Shown piece by piece: positions 51,293 through 64,000 of a stretch of DNA of 64,000 nucleotides. This DNA comes from Torpedo marmorata. Taxonomy: Eukaryota. The stretch is taken from assembly GCA_977017645.1 (NCBI GenBank), contig OZ360242.1, forward strand, positions 23,188,001 to 23,252,000. The letters are read 5' to 3'. The stretch's first letter is position 1. The number at the start of each line of letters is the position of its first letter. The notes under the pieces are model-generated. The model was not told where the DNA came from, made no database searches, and worked only from the letters and a program-made list of their open reading frames with translations. The translations under genes were made by a program, and so were the position numbers.

Positions 51293-53809
51293 CTGTGGAA
51301 CATAATGGTTTGATTATCTCAAATATTAATAGATTTTAATTGATTAATACATTGCGAAATATGCAATATAACCATTTCATGAGGAGCTAAAGCTGCAAAA
51401 TCAATTTATACTTCTATGCATCATCAAATACTTGGTTGCATTGATCATTAATGCAATGAATCCGTTAAAGACAGAACACATTTTTAGAGTTCAACCACAA
51501 ACGTTTTGTTTTCTATAATGACAGAACGGGCTGTGCACTCAAAGCCTGTGCTACCTATCAACACCACCATGGTTTGTAATTCCTACCAACCTTCTTATCC
51601 AAACCCTGGGGCAATGGTAGAACTTCCATGTTTCCAAAATGTGCTGTTAAATTTGTTTTAACCACATCCTATCTTGACTTTTATGGTAAATTGGAGCAAG
51701 AATTCAAGGGATCCAAAATTAAAGCATTACATTTAGCAAGGGAATTCATCTCAACATTGGTGGCATCAGGCTGATGGCGCTGGGTGCTCCATGCTAGAAT
51801 GCGGCAGGTTAAGTGAGGGAGGGTATTCCAGTGCTTATGGCCTTGGCAGCTGAAGGTACAACCTCCCACCTGTTTTCATCAAGACCTCTTAAGGCCTGAT
51901 TAAATGGGTAGCAATTCCGAGGCGTTAAATCTCCTCACAACCTTCTCACCCTCTAGACATTGATCTGTTCAAGCAGCATCAGCAATGGGAACCAGAACAT
52001 TTCCCCGATTAATTTTAACTTTTAATTTGGAAGACGAAAAATGGCACAAATGAAACTGTCACGAAACAGTGTGAAATGGGAAACTCTTATATTTCAACAG
52101 TTTCAGCTTGTCAAGAAACATGTTTGTTCTTGCCGCTTATCAGAAGTGTACTTACATTTTGTTTTGGAAGTTCCTTTCAGGGTAAATCATAAGTGTGACC
52201 TATCTTTAACAGAGTACAAAGGTGCTCTGATATGCAAAAAGCCACTTCCCTTTTTGAAACACTCGTACTTAAAAATATTCACTTATATGGTTGGTTTACA
52301 GGAGCAAATGCTACTACATTCATCAAGGAATTCTGCCAATGGAATGGTAAAATACTTTGATTCATTGATATTCAAATAACTGACTCACAAACAAACCTAA
52401 TCTCTTCCAAGCAAGGTGCTAACTTGAAGACCAGCGTTAACACTCACCTGTTTTCATTTGTTTTCCTTTAATGTTAAAAATAATTCATGATGGTTATGCA
52501 TTATTGAACCAAATTAGGTTTTACCCATACCCTGAATCTGTTGGACATCTAGATGGTCAGTCACGGATAATAATTTATCCTCCTACAGCCCATCCTGGAA
52601 GGATTATTAGTGACACAAACGGCAGATTGTTAATTATGAAGTTAAATGCATTGCTCAGCATGAGGGGAACTGGCGGTCACTTGAACCTGACCATGTTTTT
52701 TTTTTGTCAACTCTACATTTTAAAACTGCTCCACTTATTCACTCTCCACTTCAGTCTCTAAACGCAGCACCTTTCCAACTACTCACTGTCCTCCACGATC
52801 TACTTACAGATCTCTACTTGATAACCTTACCAGGAACATAAACAGTCAGAGAGAAGAAAAACATTCCAGATTGCCTGCTACTATATTAAAGCTTCAGTGC
52901 TGAGACATCTCCACTAAGTGACACCCAAGCACTTGGATCTAAAAATCGAAGGGAGACACCAGGGCCAACAGGGCAGACGTGCTGTTGCCCTGACTGAACA
53001 CTGATAAGTTACCTGTGGACCCATGCACTCACAAGGCTCCATTTCAATTATTATTTTTTCCCCCAGAGGCACGAAAACAGCGCAAAAACATGGCTGTTCT
53101 TTTGAGGATGGTCCAGAATGTGGTATGGATGTAAGGCTGGCACAAGGGTGGGTTGGAGGTGGCAGAAACCTGGCAGAAACACTCGCTGAAACTTAGCGAA
53201 AAGTTGTTACAGTATATCCACATCGGAGACATTGCCAGCTCATTGATGTCCACATCTTTTATTATATTTTATTGAATGACGGTAGCTGTTGCTTATATTA
53301 TGTGACACAGAAATTAACGTTTCATTTGGAGTTTGTTTTTCTGAAAAAATATAAGATTTCTGTTTTGCAGTACAGTATAAACAATTTGCAATTATTCTGT
53401 GAGCAACATTCATAAAAGAAACATACCCAAGTTGGGTACTCAGTTAATTGCTCATCTCGCATCAAAATACGAGATTTGACCCATTTAATTTCCACCTGGC
53501 AAACATCACTGCCAAAATACAAGCGAAGAATGTAACTCGAGGGTGTCGGTGCTCAGCTAAAATGGTCTCCAAGAGAAATTTCTTGTCCAGTAGGTCAAAC
53601 CACAATGGAGATTTTCATTATAGCCAAGTAACACAAGTGCTGTTCTTTGCGTCTTTATTAGAAGTTATGAGAAACTAATAAACTACTCTTCTTTGAATTT
53701 ATATTAGCTGGATTACAGTGTTGCTTTATCATTAATTGTGCTGGCCTGTGTAACCTCCTTGCAAAATAATTAGAAAAAAAATATGGGGCAGAAGTTGAAT
53801 CATCTAGAG

Positions 53810-55052
53810 CAGTGGTTTTCAAACTGCCCCCCTAAACTCACATTCCACCTTCAGCAATCCCTATGCCATAAGTGCTCTGCGATTAGTAAGGGATTGCTTA
53901 AGGTGGTATGTGAGTGGGAAGTGTTATGGACCATGACTGACCATTTGGACTGCGGACGGTCAGCAGGAAGGATGAAGTCTTTTGGAGTACACACTGGAAA
54001 CTGGTACTGAAAGAGTTAACTTGCCCAGGACTTCTTGTACTCACAGAGAGAGAGACACCAGAGAGAGAGAGACAGACTGTGGAGAGATACTTTGTTGCAC
54101 TTTTGCAAAAGCAGGTGCAAACCTCTGCAAAAAGCATTCAGTTTGGAGTTGCAAAGGCTGGAGAACACAGCACAATCTAGGCTTGTGCATCCCAGGGAAA
54201 AAGGCTGGGAGAATAGCACATGGCCTCCTGTATCAGCAAAATCCTGAGTTAAAACAACTTTTGTGAAGAACAGGCGTGAGATCAGCGAGACTGGCTGTGA
54301 GATCCAAGTACACGCCTCAATCAGTGGTACACTGATTTGGAGTCGCAATCCTTGTGAATCTACCAAAAGGGAAAGTCATCAGAGAAGAAAAACAGGCCAA
54401 GCATTCGTAAACTTAAACAGTCATTGTCTCTCTCTCCAACGTTCATTAAGAAGTACTTCTTGCCAGCACACAGAGATGAATTTGGACCCTGAACATAGAG
54501 AGTGAATTTTTGTGGACTGTATATTTGGGACTGACTTATTTTTATGACTGACCTGGGGGATTTGGGGAAGGTTTTCCATTTTTACATGAGGGTTGGGCAC
54601 AGACTGTAATTGTCTGGGCTTTACACACACACACACACTCTTTAGATAAGAATAGTGTTTATAGACATTTATAGTGGGGTTAATTGTTGTGAAATTATAT
54701 GTTTAATTGTCTTTAATAAATATAAATTTCAATTTTACCCCTTTTGCATTGCGTCTTCTGTCGTTGCTGGTTTGAATTTATAACAGAAGAGAAGGTTGAT
54801 AACCACTGCTCTGGACCCAATTGTTACTGAAATATTTTGCTTGAGAAAAATTGTCATTGGCCCATTTCCTTTGGAGTTATGAAACCGTGCACATAACAAG
54901 TCAATTAGGTACGATTAAAACAGTGGTTTTCAACCTTTTTCTTTCCATTCACAAACCACCTTAAGCAATCCCTTACTAATCACAGAGCACTTATGGCATA
55001 GGGATTGCTTAAAGTGGAATGTGAGTTTAGGGGGGCAGTTTGAAAACCACTG
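53810..55052. mobile_element. hAT (Charlie-like) composite MITE: two inverted, internally palindromic ~135-bp units around a ~110-bp spacer
   Basis: Termini cagtggttttcaaac...gtttgaaaaccactg; inner ends at 54808 and 54921; left flank atctagag resembles the Charlie target NTCTAGAN. Confidence 0.8.
53922..54785 (+). mobile_element. Solo LTR (864 bp), Gypsy- or class I ERV-type
   Basis: TGTTAT...ATAACA inverted termini; 4-bp TSD gaag at 53918-53921 and 54786-54789; AATAAA at 54715-54720. Confidence 0.88.
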
Positions 55053-55484
55053 GAGAGCATCTGATAGCTGCAAAAGCTTCAGTGGGATGGACTATGCTGA
55101 CGGTGCACAGGCATACAATTCACTGCTAATGTCTGTTTATGTTCATTATGGAGTGGCCACATAAATCAGGCATTTGCTCCTCGACTGACATAGCCAAAGA
55201 CCTCCTGCCTGTAGAAAATCTCTCCGTAAAGTCAGACTTAAATATTACATTAATCAAAGAACAAACACCATCAAGCCTTGTTCTGAAGTATGGAAGTGCT
55301 GTAACACTAAATCTCATGCCAAGATTAGCATGGGGGTGTGCTGGTAGACACGTCCATAATGGGACAACTCCCTGGCAGCCTCCCACTCACAATTTTGCTG
55401 TCTGCTGGAGTGCAAGAACACAAACGTCAGCCCCTCAGGCTGGAGAAATCACCTGCTGTCCTTGTGCCAGGTTAACCTGCTAGA

Positions 55485-57005
55485 GCTTTAAGTTCATTTG
55501 TCACAAAATACCTAGTACAATGAGAAGGGTTCTTCGGCAAACAGACCAACAGGTTATCTCTAGCATTCAAACAGTCATGTGAAGAGTGCAATTTACAGAG
55601 TGTAGGATTGCAATGGAAAGGAAGATCAATTAACATCAAGCAAGTTCAGCATGAAAGCGCTGTTCATTCAGGAGCCTGATGGCTGCAGGGAAGAAATTGT
55701 TTTTAAGCCTGCTGGTGAGTGCTTTCACACTCTTGATCCTTCTCCATGATGGGAGGAGGAAGCAGAGAGTGTGTGCGGTGTGTGCTGGGTCTTTCAGCGT
55801 GTTGGCTCCCTTTCCAAAGCAGTGGGAGATGTGATGGTGCCCATGATGGGGAGGGAGGTTTGCCTTATGTTGAGCTGCATTCACTACCTTCTGTAGCTAC
55901 TTCACATCTTGAGCAGAGCAGCTCCCATACCACGCTGTGATGCATCCAGCATGTAATGCATCATGTATGCGTTTGATGTTGTACCTACAGAAGTTGTTGA
56001 GGGACAAGAGGGACATTCCGAACTTCCTTAGTCTTCTAAGAAAGAAGAGGTATTTATGCACTTTCAATGTGCTTGTCCCAGGTGAGATTATTGAAGATAT
56101 TTATTCCCAACAACTTGAATCTATTTACTCTTTTGAGTTCAGCAACATTAATGCGGACAGGGGTGTGATCTCTTCCCCACCACCCCCCGAAGTCAATGAT
56201 CATAGTTTTATTGACATTGTAAGGTTGTTATCTTGGCACCATGCCACTAGATGTTCTATCCATTTCCTGTATTCTGTCTCATCATTATTTGATACCCGGC
56301 CCACTACTGTGGTGTCATCGACAAATTTGAAGACGAAGTTGGAGCGGTATTTAGTCTTGGGTGTAGTGAGAGTATAGTAGGGACCTAGTACACATCCTTG
56401 AGGAGCACCGGTGTTGAGTGTGATCATGGAGGACATGTTGTTACCCAGCTTTACTGACTGCGGTCCATTAGCCAGAAAGTCAAGGATCCAGTTCCAGAGG
56501 CGGTGCTGAGGCCTTGATCCTCAAGTTTGGGAATGTTTGCTTGAGACTGGTATTGGAGACAGAGCTGTAGTATATGAATAGTAGTCCAACATAGGTGTTC
56601 TTCGTGTCCAATTATTCTTGGTGGAGTGGAGAGCCAGGGAGATGGTGTCTGCTGTGGATCTGTTTAGATGGCAGGAAAATCGAAGCGGGTCAAGGCTGGC
56701 CGGTAGGCTAGAGTTGATGGGAACCATGACGAGCCTCTCAAAGTACTTCCTGATGGTGGATGTCAAAGCTACTGGCCAGTAATGATTTAGGCCCATTATT
56801 GTGCTTTTCTTCAGTACTGGTATGATGGTGGCCTCTTCAAGTGGGGACTGTGGCCTGTTGTGGGGAGAGGATAAAGATGTCTGCGAGTATGTCCACCAGC
56901 TGATCTGTGCAGGCTCTCAGGACACATCTCGGGACTCCATCTGGGCCAGTCGCTTTCCGTGGGTTCACCTGTTGGAAGGCCACCCTGACCAGTACTTGTG
57001 ACCAT
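55485..57005 (-). mobile_element. Degenerate Rex1/Babar LINE RT and 3' region
   Basis: ORFs 56837..57067 (KATGPDGVP), 56521..56796 (PVALTS), 56200..56436 ([18 protein letters not shown]) and 55636..55884. Confidence 0.85.
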
Positions 57006-58071
57006 GGGTGTGACATCGCTTGTAGTATTGACAGCCCTGCTGGTTCCCTGTTAGTGGGCCCGGTCAACTGAATGGGAGAAGGCTAAAGTAATGGTCTTCA
57101 CTTTACTCAAGTTCACTTAAATGTTTCAGTTCAGTTTCTGACTCACTAAAAATCAGAATTTTACATTTTGATTGATATAAATAATCATCAAAGGTGCTCA
57201 ATTGTTGGCTTTTAAATTAATTGGCTACTGGAATATTGTCCCATCTGTGGGGAAGTGCAGGGAGAATTGGGGTAGCAGGGGCGATGACAGGGAACATGCT
57301 ACAGGGAGCTTGGAGGGGAATAGATGCTCAATAAGATTATTCAAATAGCAAACATAGAGTTGAAAAGCCAAATGGCTTCCTTAAGCATTTGGGAGTGGGG
57401 GTGGGGGAAAGAGCACACTGTCAATGCCATTCCTGTCACTGTGGGCAACTTCTTGCATCAGGACATGGTCTGTACCTCTCAAATATACCAGGGCTCCTTG
57501 TGGAGGTCTGCATTTGGAACACTCCAAAAATTCCCACCATCTATAAAGTGCAGATCAGGAATACGATTAAATACTTGTCTGGAGTACAGCTCCACCAACA
57601 CTCAAGAAGCACATCACCATCCAGAACAAAGCTTACTTGTCTGCCCATCCATTAACACAAGTATTCATTCCTTCCACCATCATCACACATTGGCTGCTGT
57701 GTGTATCATCTACAACTATAGTTACTCACCCAGACTACTCTAAATGGCCGAGTGTGAAGATGCCTTACAAGGTCAGCATTACCACCCCACACCCCTCCCC
57801 ACATTCCCCCCCCCCCCCCCACCGTTCCGTAGCTTCAAATTATAATATTTCTGGACTCAGTAGCAGCACAATCTAGGACACCTTCTCCACCCCACTGACC
57901 ATCAGAGACCTGGATATTGGTGCGAGGTGCGATGCATCAGCTACAGCAATGCAGTGGGGGCAACTGAGGTTCGACCCTTCTGCACATATCTGAACATGGT
58001 TAATGTGTCCATATGCATTTCAAAAAATAAAAATAAAGGTTCTTCTAAAAAACAAAATCAGCAAACAAATA

Positions 58072-58766
58072 CAGTAAAACCCCTGGTATCCGGCACCTAC
58101 GGGGATTGGTAGATGCCGGATAAGTGAGTTTTCCGGTTGCTTGAGACTTACTCTTAACTAATGCACCTGCATTAAGAATAAACAATTTAAAACACACAAA
58201 TACTATACTGTACTTACACTGAACAAACTTCACTTGCATGAATACATAAACCTTAAAGCATTTACTTTATTTTCAGTCACATTCTTTGAAAACATTTAAC
58301 CGTTGCTGCGTCAGTAGGTTCCTCCCCCTCCACAGAGCCACCCAAATAACCATAACTAACCCCCCCCAAGTTTATAGACAAAGCCTTGCTAATATACTTA
58401 ATATTCGAATAAAGATAAAGACTCTTACTAAGCAGGGATATGGAGACACTTTAAAAGAGTCACCCCAACAGCGAGCGGCATGAACCAGTTCTTCATCCTG
58501 GGCGACACCATTTTATTCAATCACAACTTTATTCAAACAGCTGCTACAAGCAAAGCACCACCAAGGCACTCCGCTGGATGAATATTTGCTCCCATCTTCA
58601 TCAAAGGTTTATGTGTTATTTCAGAGAGCATTTACCTTTACAATTTTAAACTTATTTATTTTTTTATTTATTCTTATTTATTTTAATTTTTAAAATTTAT
58701 TCATCTCCATTTTTTGCCAGTTGCTTGAGGTTGCCGGTTGCTTGAAGTCCAGATAACAGGGATGGA
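58072..58766. mobile_element. Long form of the same Tigger-like family, opposite orientation, abutting (TA)n
   Basis: TA|cagtaaaacccctggtatccgg...; interior is the reverse complement of 3355-4072 over much of its length. Confidence 0.8.
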
Positions 58767-58774
58767 GATAGATA

Positions 58775-58775
58775 A

Positions 58776-58827
<52 letters not shown>
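58775..58827. repeat. (TA)n microsatellite
   Basis: Directly visible. Confidence 0.95.
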
Positions 58828-58829
<2 letters not shown>

Positions 58830-61084
58830 TGGGGATGGTTCAGCTACTCACGCCAACATAATTAATACAGCGTGAAAAGCAACAATAGAAGAAAGTTTTA
58901 TTTCACCTTCACTTCACTACCAGCTTTTGTTTATTCTGAATTACAGTAACACTTCCCTTCCTCATTGGATATATTTGCAGTTGGTGAAATAGTTCTGAAA
59001 ATCAACTTCTTTACTCACACAGAGTTTGGAACCACATTCATGCAAGGAGGATTCTCTTCCCTTATATGGTCCTGAAACTCCAGGGGAATTTGAGAGTGTC
59101 CTGCTGCAACTCTGCTGGGTAATCAGCAGAACTCCCGGGACGAGAGTTCAAGGAGCAAAATTTCCTTCCCATCGCATTCTCTCATTGTCAGCTGCTGGCA
59201 CTCCACAACAGCGATCACCTCTCCCAGAGAGCGTCGAGAGAAATTTCAGCCTCCTGCCTAATGCTGGTAGATTGTGGCTGTGAATTTAAAAGTAGTGCAA
59301 GCAGACTCCCTGAGTTTGTAGGGAGCACAGGCATGTGAGGTCCTGGCTTGTGGAAGGCACAGGAGTTGAAGTTAATGGGAAGTGCAGGTGACAGAGATTA
59401 CCCGAGTTTAAAAGCTTGCTGGGAGACAGAGGCCGCCCACCTTCAAGTGCATCATGGGAGACAAAGGCTCCGAGTTTACTAGGGGAGCAAAGGTCCCCTC
59501 CATGTTCAGGTTCATTCTAGATGACGGAGGCCAAGTGATATCTCTTGAGCCTGCAGGACAAATCTGTCTCGATCTGTCGGAGATCAGCAGCCAGGGCCTC
59601 ACCAACCCACCTGTACATTGGGAGACCGCAAAGTCTAATGTGGGGGAACGAGAGTCAAAATGGAGTTATGGTAAACGTATCATAGGAATGCTCAGACGGA
59701 CCTGGTTACAACATAGCAGCCTTGTATATGGTGGATCACGATGCAACAAAAAAAAAAAACCCGACATTTTGATCAACAATACAGAACAGTCTTAGATTCA
59801 CTTGCCATTAGGGGTTAACTAGCCACAACCAGGTTAGAGGGGAGTGGTTATTATTATGTGAAGTAGACTTGGTCGAGCCACATAGCAACAGTGGATGCAG
59901 TGTCCAATTCTATCAGCCTGCCTTCAAATAGTCCCAGTATCCCCAAGGTGGGCATGAACAGAAATGTAGAAAAAGCAATTAGTTGGCCAGCTGCATGCTT
60001 TTAACATTGTCTAGATATCCTGTTTGGAAAAGAAAACCCTCTGCGGGTTACAAGGAAGGAAGAAAACTTAACTGTGAGGTCTTCTGTGGTTGCTGACAAT
60101 CTTTGATTCATGTTTGGTTATGAGTGAACCAAGGCACTTGTGGGTTACCCAAACACCTGTGCTACGATCAATAAACACCATTTCTTTTAAGAATACCAAG
60201 GAGATAGGCAAAGCATCAACAATAGAAAGGGAAAGCACTGAAATCTCCTTTAACTGCAGATTGTTGCTGATGCTCACTTTAGAGAGTGGCTGGAAGCCTT
60301 CCAAACTTGAGCTACACTAATAAGAAAACTGGTGTGGGCCTAGTGTTCCCAGCTGTTTGTGATACCCAAGAGGGAGCAGCAATGTACTTCTGGTGTTGCA
60401 ACGCCCTTTACAGTGATCTGATGTATCAGGTCCCCTATCATGCCCACGACATATTGGCTGCTCGGCTTTGCCCCAACACTTCAAAAATAAACAACCACGA
60501 TTCCAGTACTGAGCCTGGGTTCTAACATCTGCCCCATCACATCAATGCTTTTGTGCAAATTAGTTCAGAACAGTGAATGAAACTTCTAATTGATGGACAA
60601 CTTCACCTTCACATGGACTCAGATTGCACTAACGGTGTTAAAATGAAACATTTGCCATTTTATAATTACTTAAATGACTGTGTGAAAGATTCTTTGAACA
60701 GACTAACAAATGAAAGGCTGAATCACTGACACAAAGGAGATTCCCGGTTCAATCTCCAGTCTCAGTGGGGCAACACAACTGAGGTCACATGATGACTTTA
60801 GCATGGTCAAGTGGGAGGGCTGACACAAGGCCCTTGTACTTGATCAGTAATTCTGGAACATGACTGTCAGCTGAAGATAGTATTTCCTGGGGAAATGCAT
60901 TGCCAATTATATTGGATGCAACCTGATAAGTTTATCCTCGTGAGGCTACAATTTTAAAGACATTAACATTGGTACAAACCACTCAACAAAATGCTGTTTA
61001 CTTTGATAACTTCAACACTGAAATGGGCTCTCCATACCTGAGCAGTTTCCTTCTACTGAAAACTGAAGGATATTGCATATCGAT

Positions 61085-61165
61085 AAGGCCCGCAGGAAAA
61101 AGAATCTCAGGGTTGTATGTGATGTCACGTATGACCTCTGACAATAAATCTGAAATCTGATTCTG
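61085..61165 (+). mobile_element. Isolated Rex1-type 3' tail (~80 bp)
   Basis: Near-identical to the reverse complement of 20184-20256 (cccgcaggaaaaagaatctcagggttgtatgtgatgtca...gacaataaatctgaaatctga). Confidence 0.75.
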
Positions 61166-61899
61166 ACCACGGTATGGGATCTAGGAGGGCTGGGTGTCAA
61201 CAGATCCAAACGGTCTAGTGCATATACCATGTAGATGGGGTGACAAAGGAGTGCTTCTCTTCAGATGATAGAGCTAAGGGGGATGGATTAGATTTAGGAG
61301 ATTGGAGATGTGGAGGAGGGGGCGGGGGGAATGAGAAATCTAGAAACCAGCAATTTCAAAGGGTGGGGGGGGGGGGCAGTGTAAAGCAAATGCAGACTCC
61401 AAAGGACTATGGAATTAACTACCCTGGCCAGTGTTTGCAGCACAAGACTGGGGAGACCTCAGTGCTCCAATCAGTACCCAAGGGTGGGTAACTCCTGGGA
61501 TAACAAGTTCATCCTCATTAGGATTAACGCTCATTGCAACCTTTTTACTTTAAACTATCTAAAAGATGCACATTTGCTTCGACAAAATTACAAATTCATC
61601 AAAATATTTGTTGGCCAATAATTATTAAATGAGCTGAGACTTCCTTATTAGCAGCTTGAAAGGAAAAATCCAAAGGAAAAAGGCAGATCATACACCCAAT
61701 AGTCCAAAGATATCCTCACACCCACAAGGTGCCGGGACTGGCTCATGTTGTGTCAATGTTTCATTAAATGTTTCATCTAATCACCACTCTTAGAATTAAA
61801 TGAGAAATCAAAATATCACATCTCAATGAGGAAATCACAATAGGGATAAACAGAGAGAGAAACACACAAGAGTCTGTAAAAGGCACTTCAGCCCATGAG

Positions 61900-64000
61900 T
61901 ATCAAGTCAAGTCAAGTCACCTTTATTTGTCGTTCATTACCATATACACAGTAAGACGAGATAGTGTTTCTCCAGGACCATGGGCAGATGTACATAAATA
62001 TCATAATACAATAGAAAAAACTATAACATGCTAGTACACATATATATCTAGGAGTTGAGGAGCCTGATGGCTTGGGGGAAAAAACTGTTGCACAGTCTGG
62101 ACGTACGAGCCCGAGTGCTTTGGTACCTCCTTCCAGATGGAAAAGGGGAAAACAGTTTGCCAAAGGGGTGTGAGAAGTCCTTCACAATGTTTTTAGCCTT
62201 CCTCATGCATCGTGTGTTGTAGATGTCTGTCATGGTGGGGAGAGAGACTCCAATAATTTTCTCCACTACCCTCACTATCCTCTGCAGGGTCTTTCGGTCC
62301 GAGGTGGTACAGTTACCAAACCAAGCGGTGATGCAATTGCTCAGAATACTCTCAATACATCCCCTGTAGAATGTAGTAAGGATAGGGGGTGGGAGATGAA
62401 CTTTCCTCAGTCTTCGCAGGATGTAAAGACGCTGCTGGGCTTTCTTGACTATGGAACTGGTGTTTAGGGACCAAATGAGACCATCCGCCAAGTGCACTCC
62501 AAGAAACCTGGTACTCTTTACGACCTCAACGGTAGAGCCGTCCATGGTCAAAGGAGAATGATCCCCCCGGGCCCTTCTGAAGTCGACAACCAACTCTTTT
62601 GTTTTGTTCACGTTCAGCTGCAGTTTGTTGTTTCCGCACCATTCCATTAGCGACTGCACCTCATCTCTATGCTGACTCATCATTCTTACTGATAAGGTCC
62701 ACCACGGTCGTATCATCAGCAAACTTTTTGATGTGATTCGAGCTGTGTTTTGCTGCACAGTCATGAGTCAGCAGGGCGAACAGCAATGGACTAAGCACCC
62801 AGCCCTGGGGAGCCCCCGTGCTCAATGTAATGACCTTAGAAGTGCTGTTTCCAATCCAGACCGCCTGAGGTCTTCCCGTCAGGAAGTCTAGGATCCAATT
62901 ACAGAGGGTGTAGTTTAGGCCCAGCCCCCTCAAGTTCCCTATCAGGTACTGAGGTATGATCGTGTTGAATGCCGAGCTGAAGTCAATAAACAGCATTCGA
63001 ACATACTCGTCCTTATTTTCCAGGTGGGTGAGGGCTAGGTGGAGGGTGGTAATGATGGCATCATCTGTGGAGCGGTTTGATCTATATGCGAACTGCAGGG
63101 CGTCCAGTGAGGGGGGCAGCAGAAGCTTGATGTGCCTCATGACGAGCCTCTCGAAGCACTTCATGACGGTAGATGTGAGTGCGACAGGGCAGTAGTCATT
63201 GAGGCAGGACACCGTCGACTTCTTCGGCACGGGGATGATGGTAGCAGCTTTGAAGCACGTTGGAACCATGGCACTGGTCAGGGAGATGTTAAAGATGTTG
63301 GTGAGAACATCAACCAGCTGGGCCGCACATCCCCTGAACACTCTGCCGGGAATGTTATCTGGCCCAGCAGCTTTCTGTGGGTTAACCTTGCTTCACACTC
63401 TCCTCACATCGGCCACTGTGAAACACAGCACCTGATCATTTGGAGGAGGGGTTGTCTTCTTTGCCACTACTTCATTTTTTTTCCTCAAAACGCGCATAGA
63501 AGTTGTTCAGTGCATCTGGGAGGGAGGCGTCACCAGCACAGTCAGATGGTGTAGTCTTGTGGTTAGTGATATCTTGAATGCCCTTTCACATGCGTCGCAT
63601 GTCCTTGCTGTCTTGAAAGTGACTCTGAATTCGTTGGGCCTGTGCACGCTTTGCCTCCCTGATGGCCTTAGACAGCTTGGCTCTTGCGATAGCTAGGGTT
63701 ACCTTGTCGCCCGCACTGAAGGCAGAGTTTCGGCTCCTCAGCAACACACACACCTCCGCAATCATCCATGGCTTCTGATTAGAGCGAGTAATGATGGTCT
63801 TGGGCACAGTCACTTCGTAAGTACACTTACTAATGTAGCTAGTCACTGATGCTGTATACTCCTCCAGATTGATGCAGTCGCCATCGGTTGCTGCTTCCCT
63901 GAACATGTGCCAATCAGTACGCTCAAAGCAGTCCTGCAGTGCATGGATGGCACCTGCTGGCCAGGTTTTAACCTGCTTCCGAACTGGTCTGGAGCATCTG
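61900..64000 (-). mobile_element. Rex1/Babar LINE RT region and 3' UTR, frameshifted; runs off the window end
   Basis: ORFs 63586..63906, 62667..63341 ([34 protein letters not shown]) and 62048..62764; tail aataaagg(tgact)n. Confidence 0.92.

Noticed and set aside
51293-64000. Upstream RHBDF1 exons (expected RSVSMP...RQTSITQTIR and KKPPWLKLDIP)
   Set aside because: Not found by manual reading; probably beyond the window, although a diverged exon could have been missed.

Overview
Vertebrate genomic DNA, most likely a cartilaginous fish (ray/shark-type V-SINEs, CR1, Rex1/Babar and Penelope repeats, and a 5S-derived repeat resembling elasmobranch 5S as I recall it). The window lies inside one minus-strand gene, RHBDF1 (iRhom1, inactive rhomboid). 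I read 14 internal coding exons between 51292 and 2676 (1894 nt, 1 nt + 631 codons), all with AG/GT boundaries and mutually consistent phases. The N-terminal exons were not found and probably lie beyond 64000; the terminal exon lies below position 1. The rest is TE-rich intron: CR1, Rex1/Babar and L1 LINE fragments, V-SINEs, Penelope-like elements, Tc1/mariner-superfamily and hAT MITEs, a solo LTR and a minisatellite. Most ORFs in the supplied track are TE remnants or noise. The most interesting non-genic items are a compact 5S-rRNA-headed SINE with a Rex1-type tail, TSD-flanked Penelope-derived hairpin mini-elements with hammerhead-like cores, a Tc2-like MITE with a ~245-bp internal palindrome, and multi-level nested insertions. 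Family names come from recalled motifs, not database searches.
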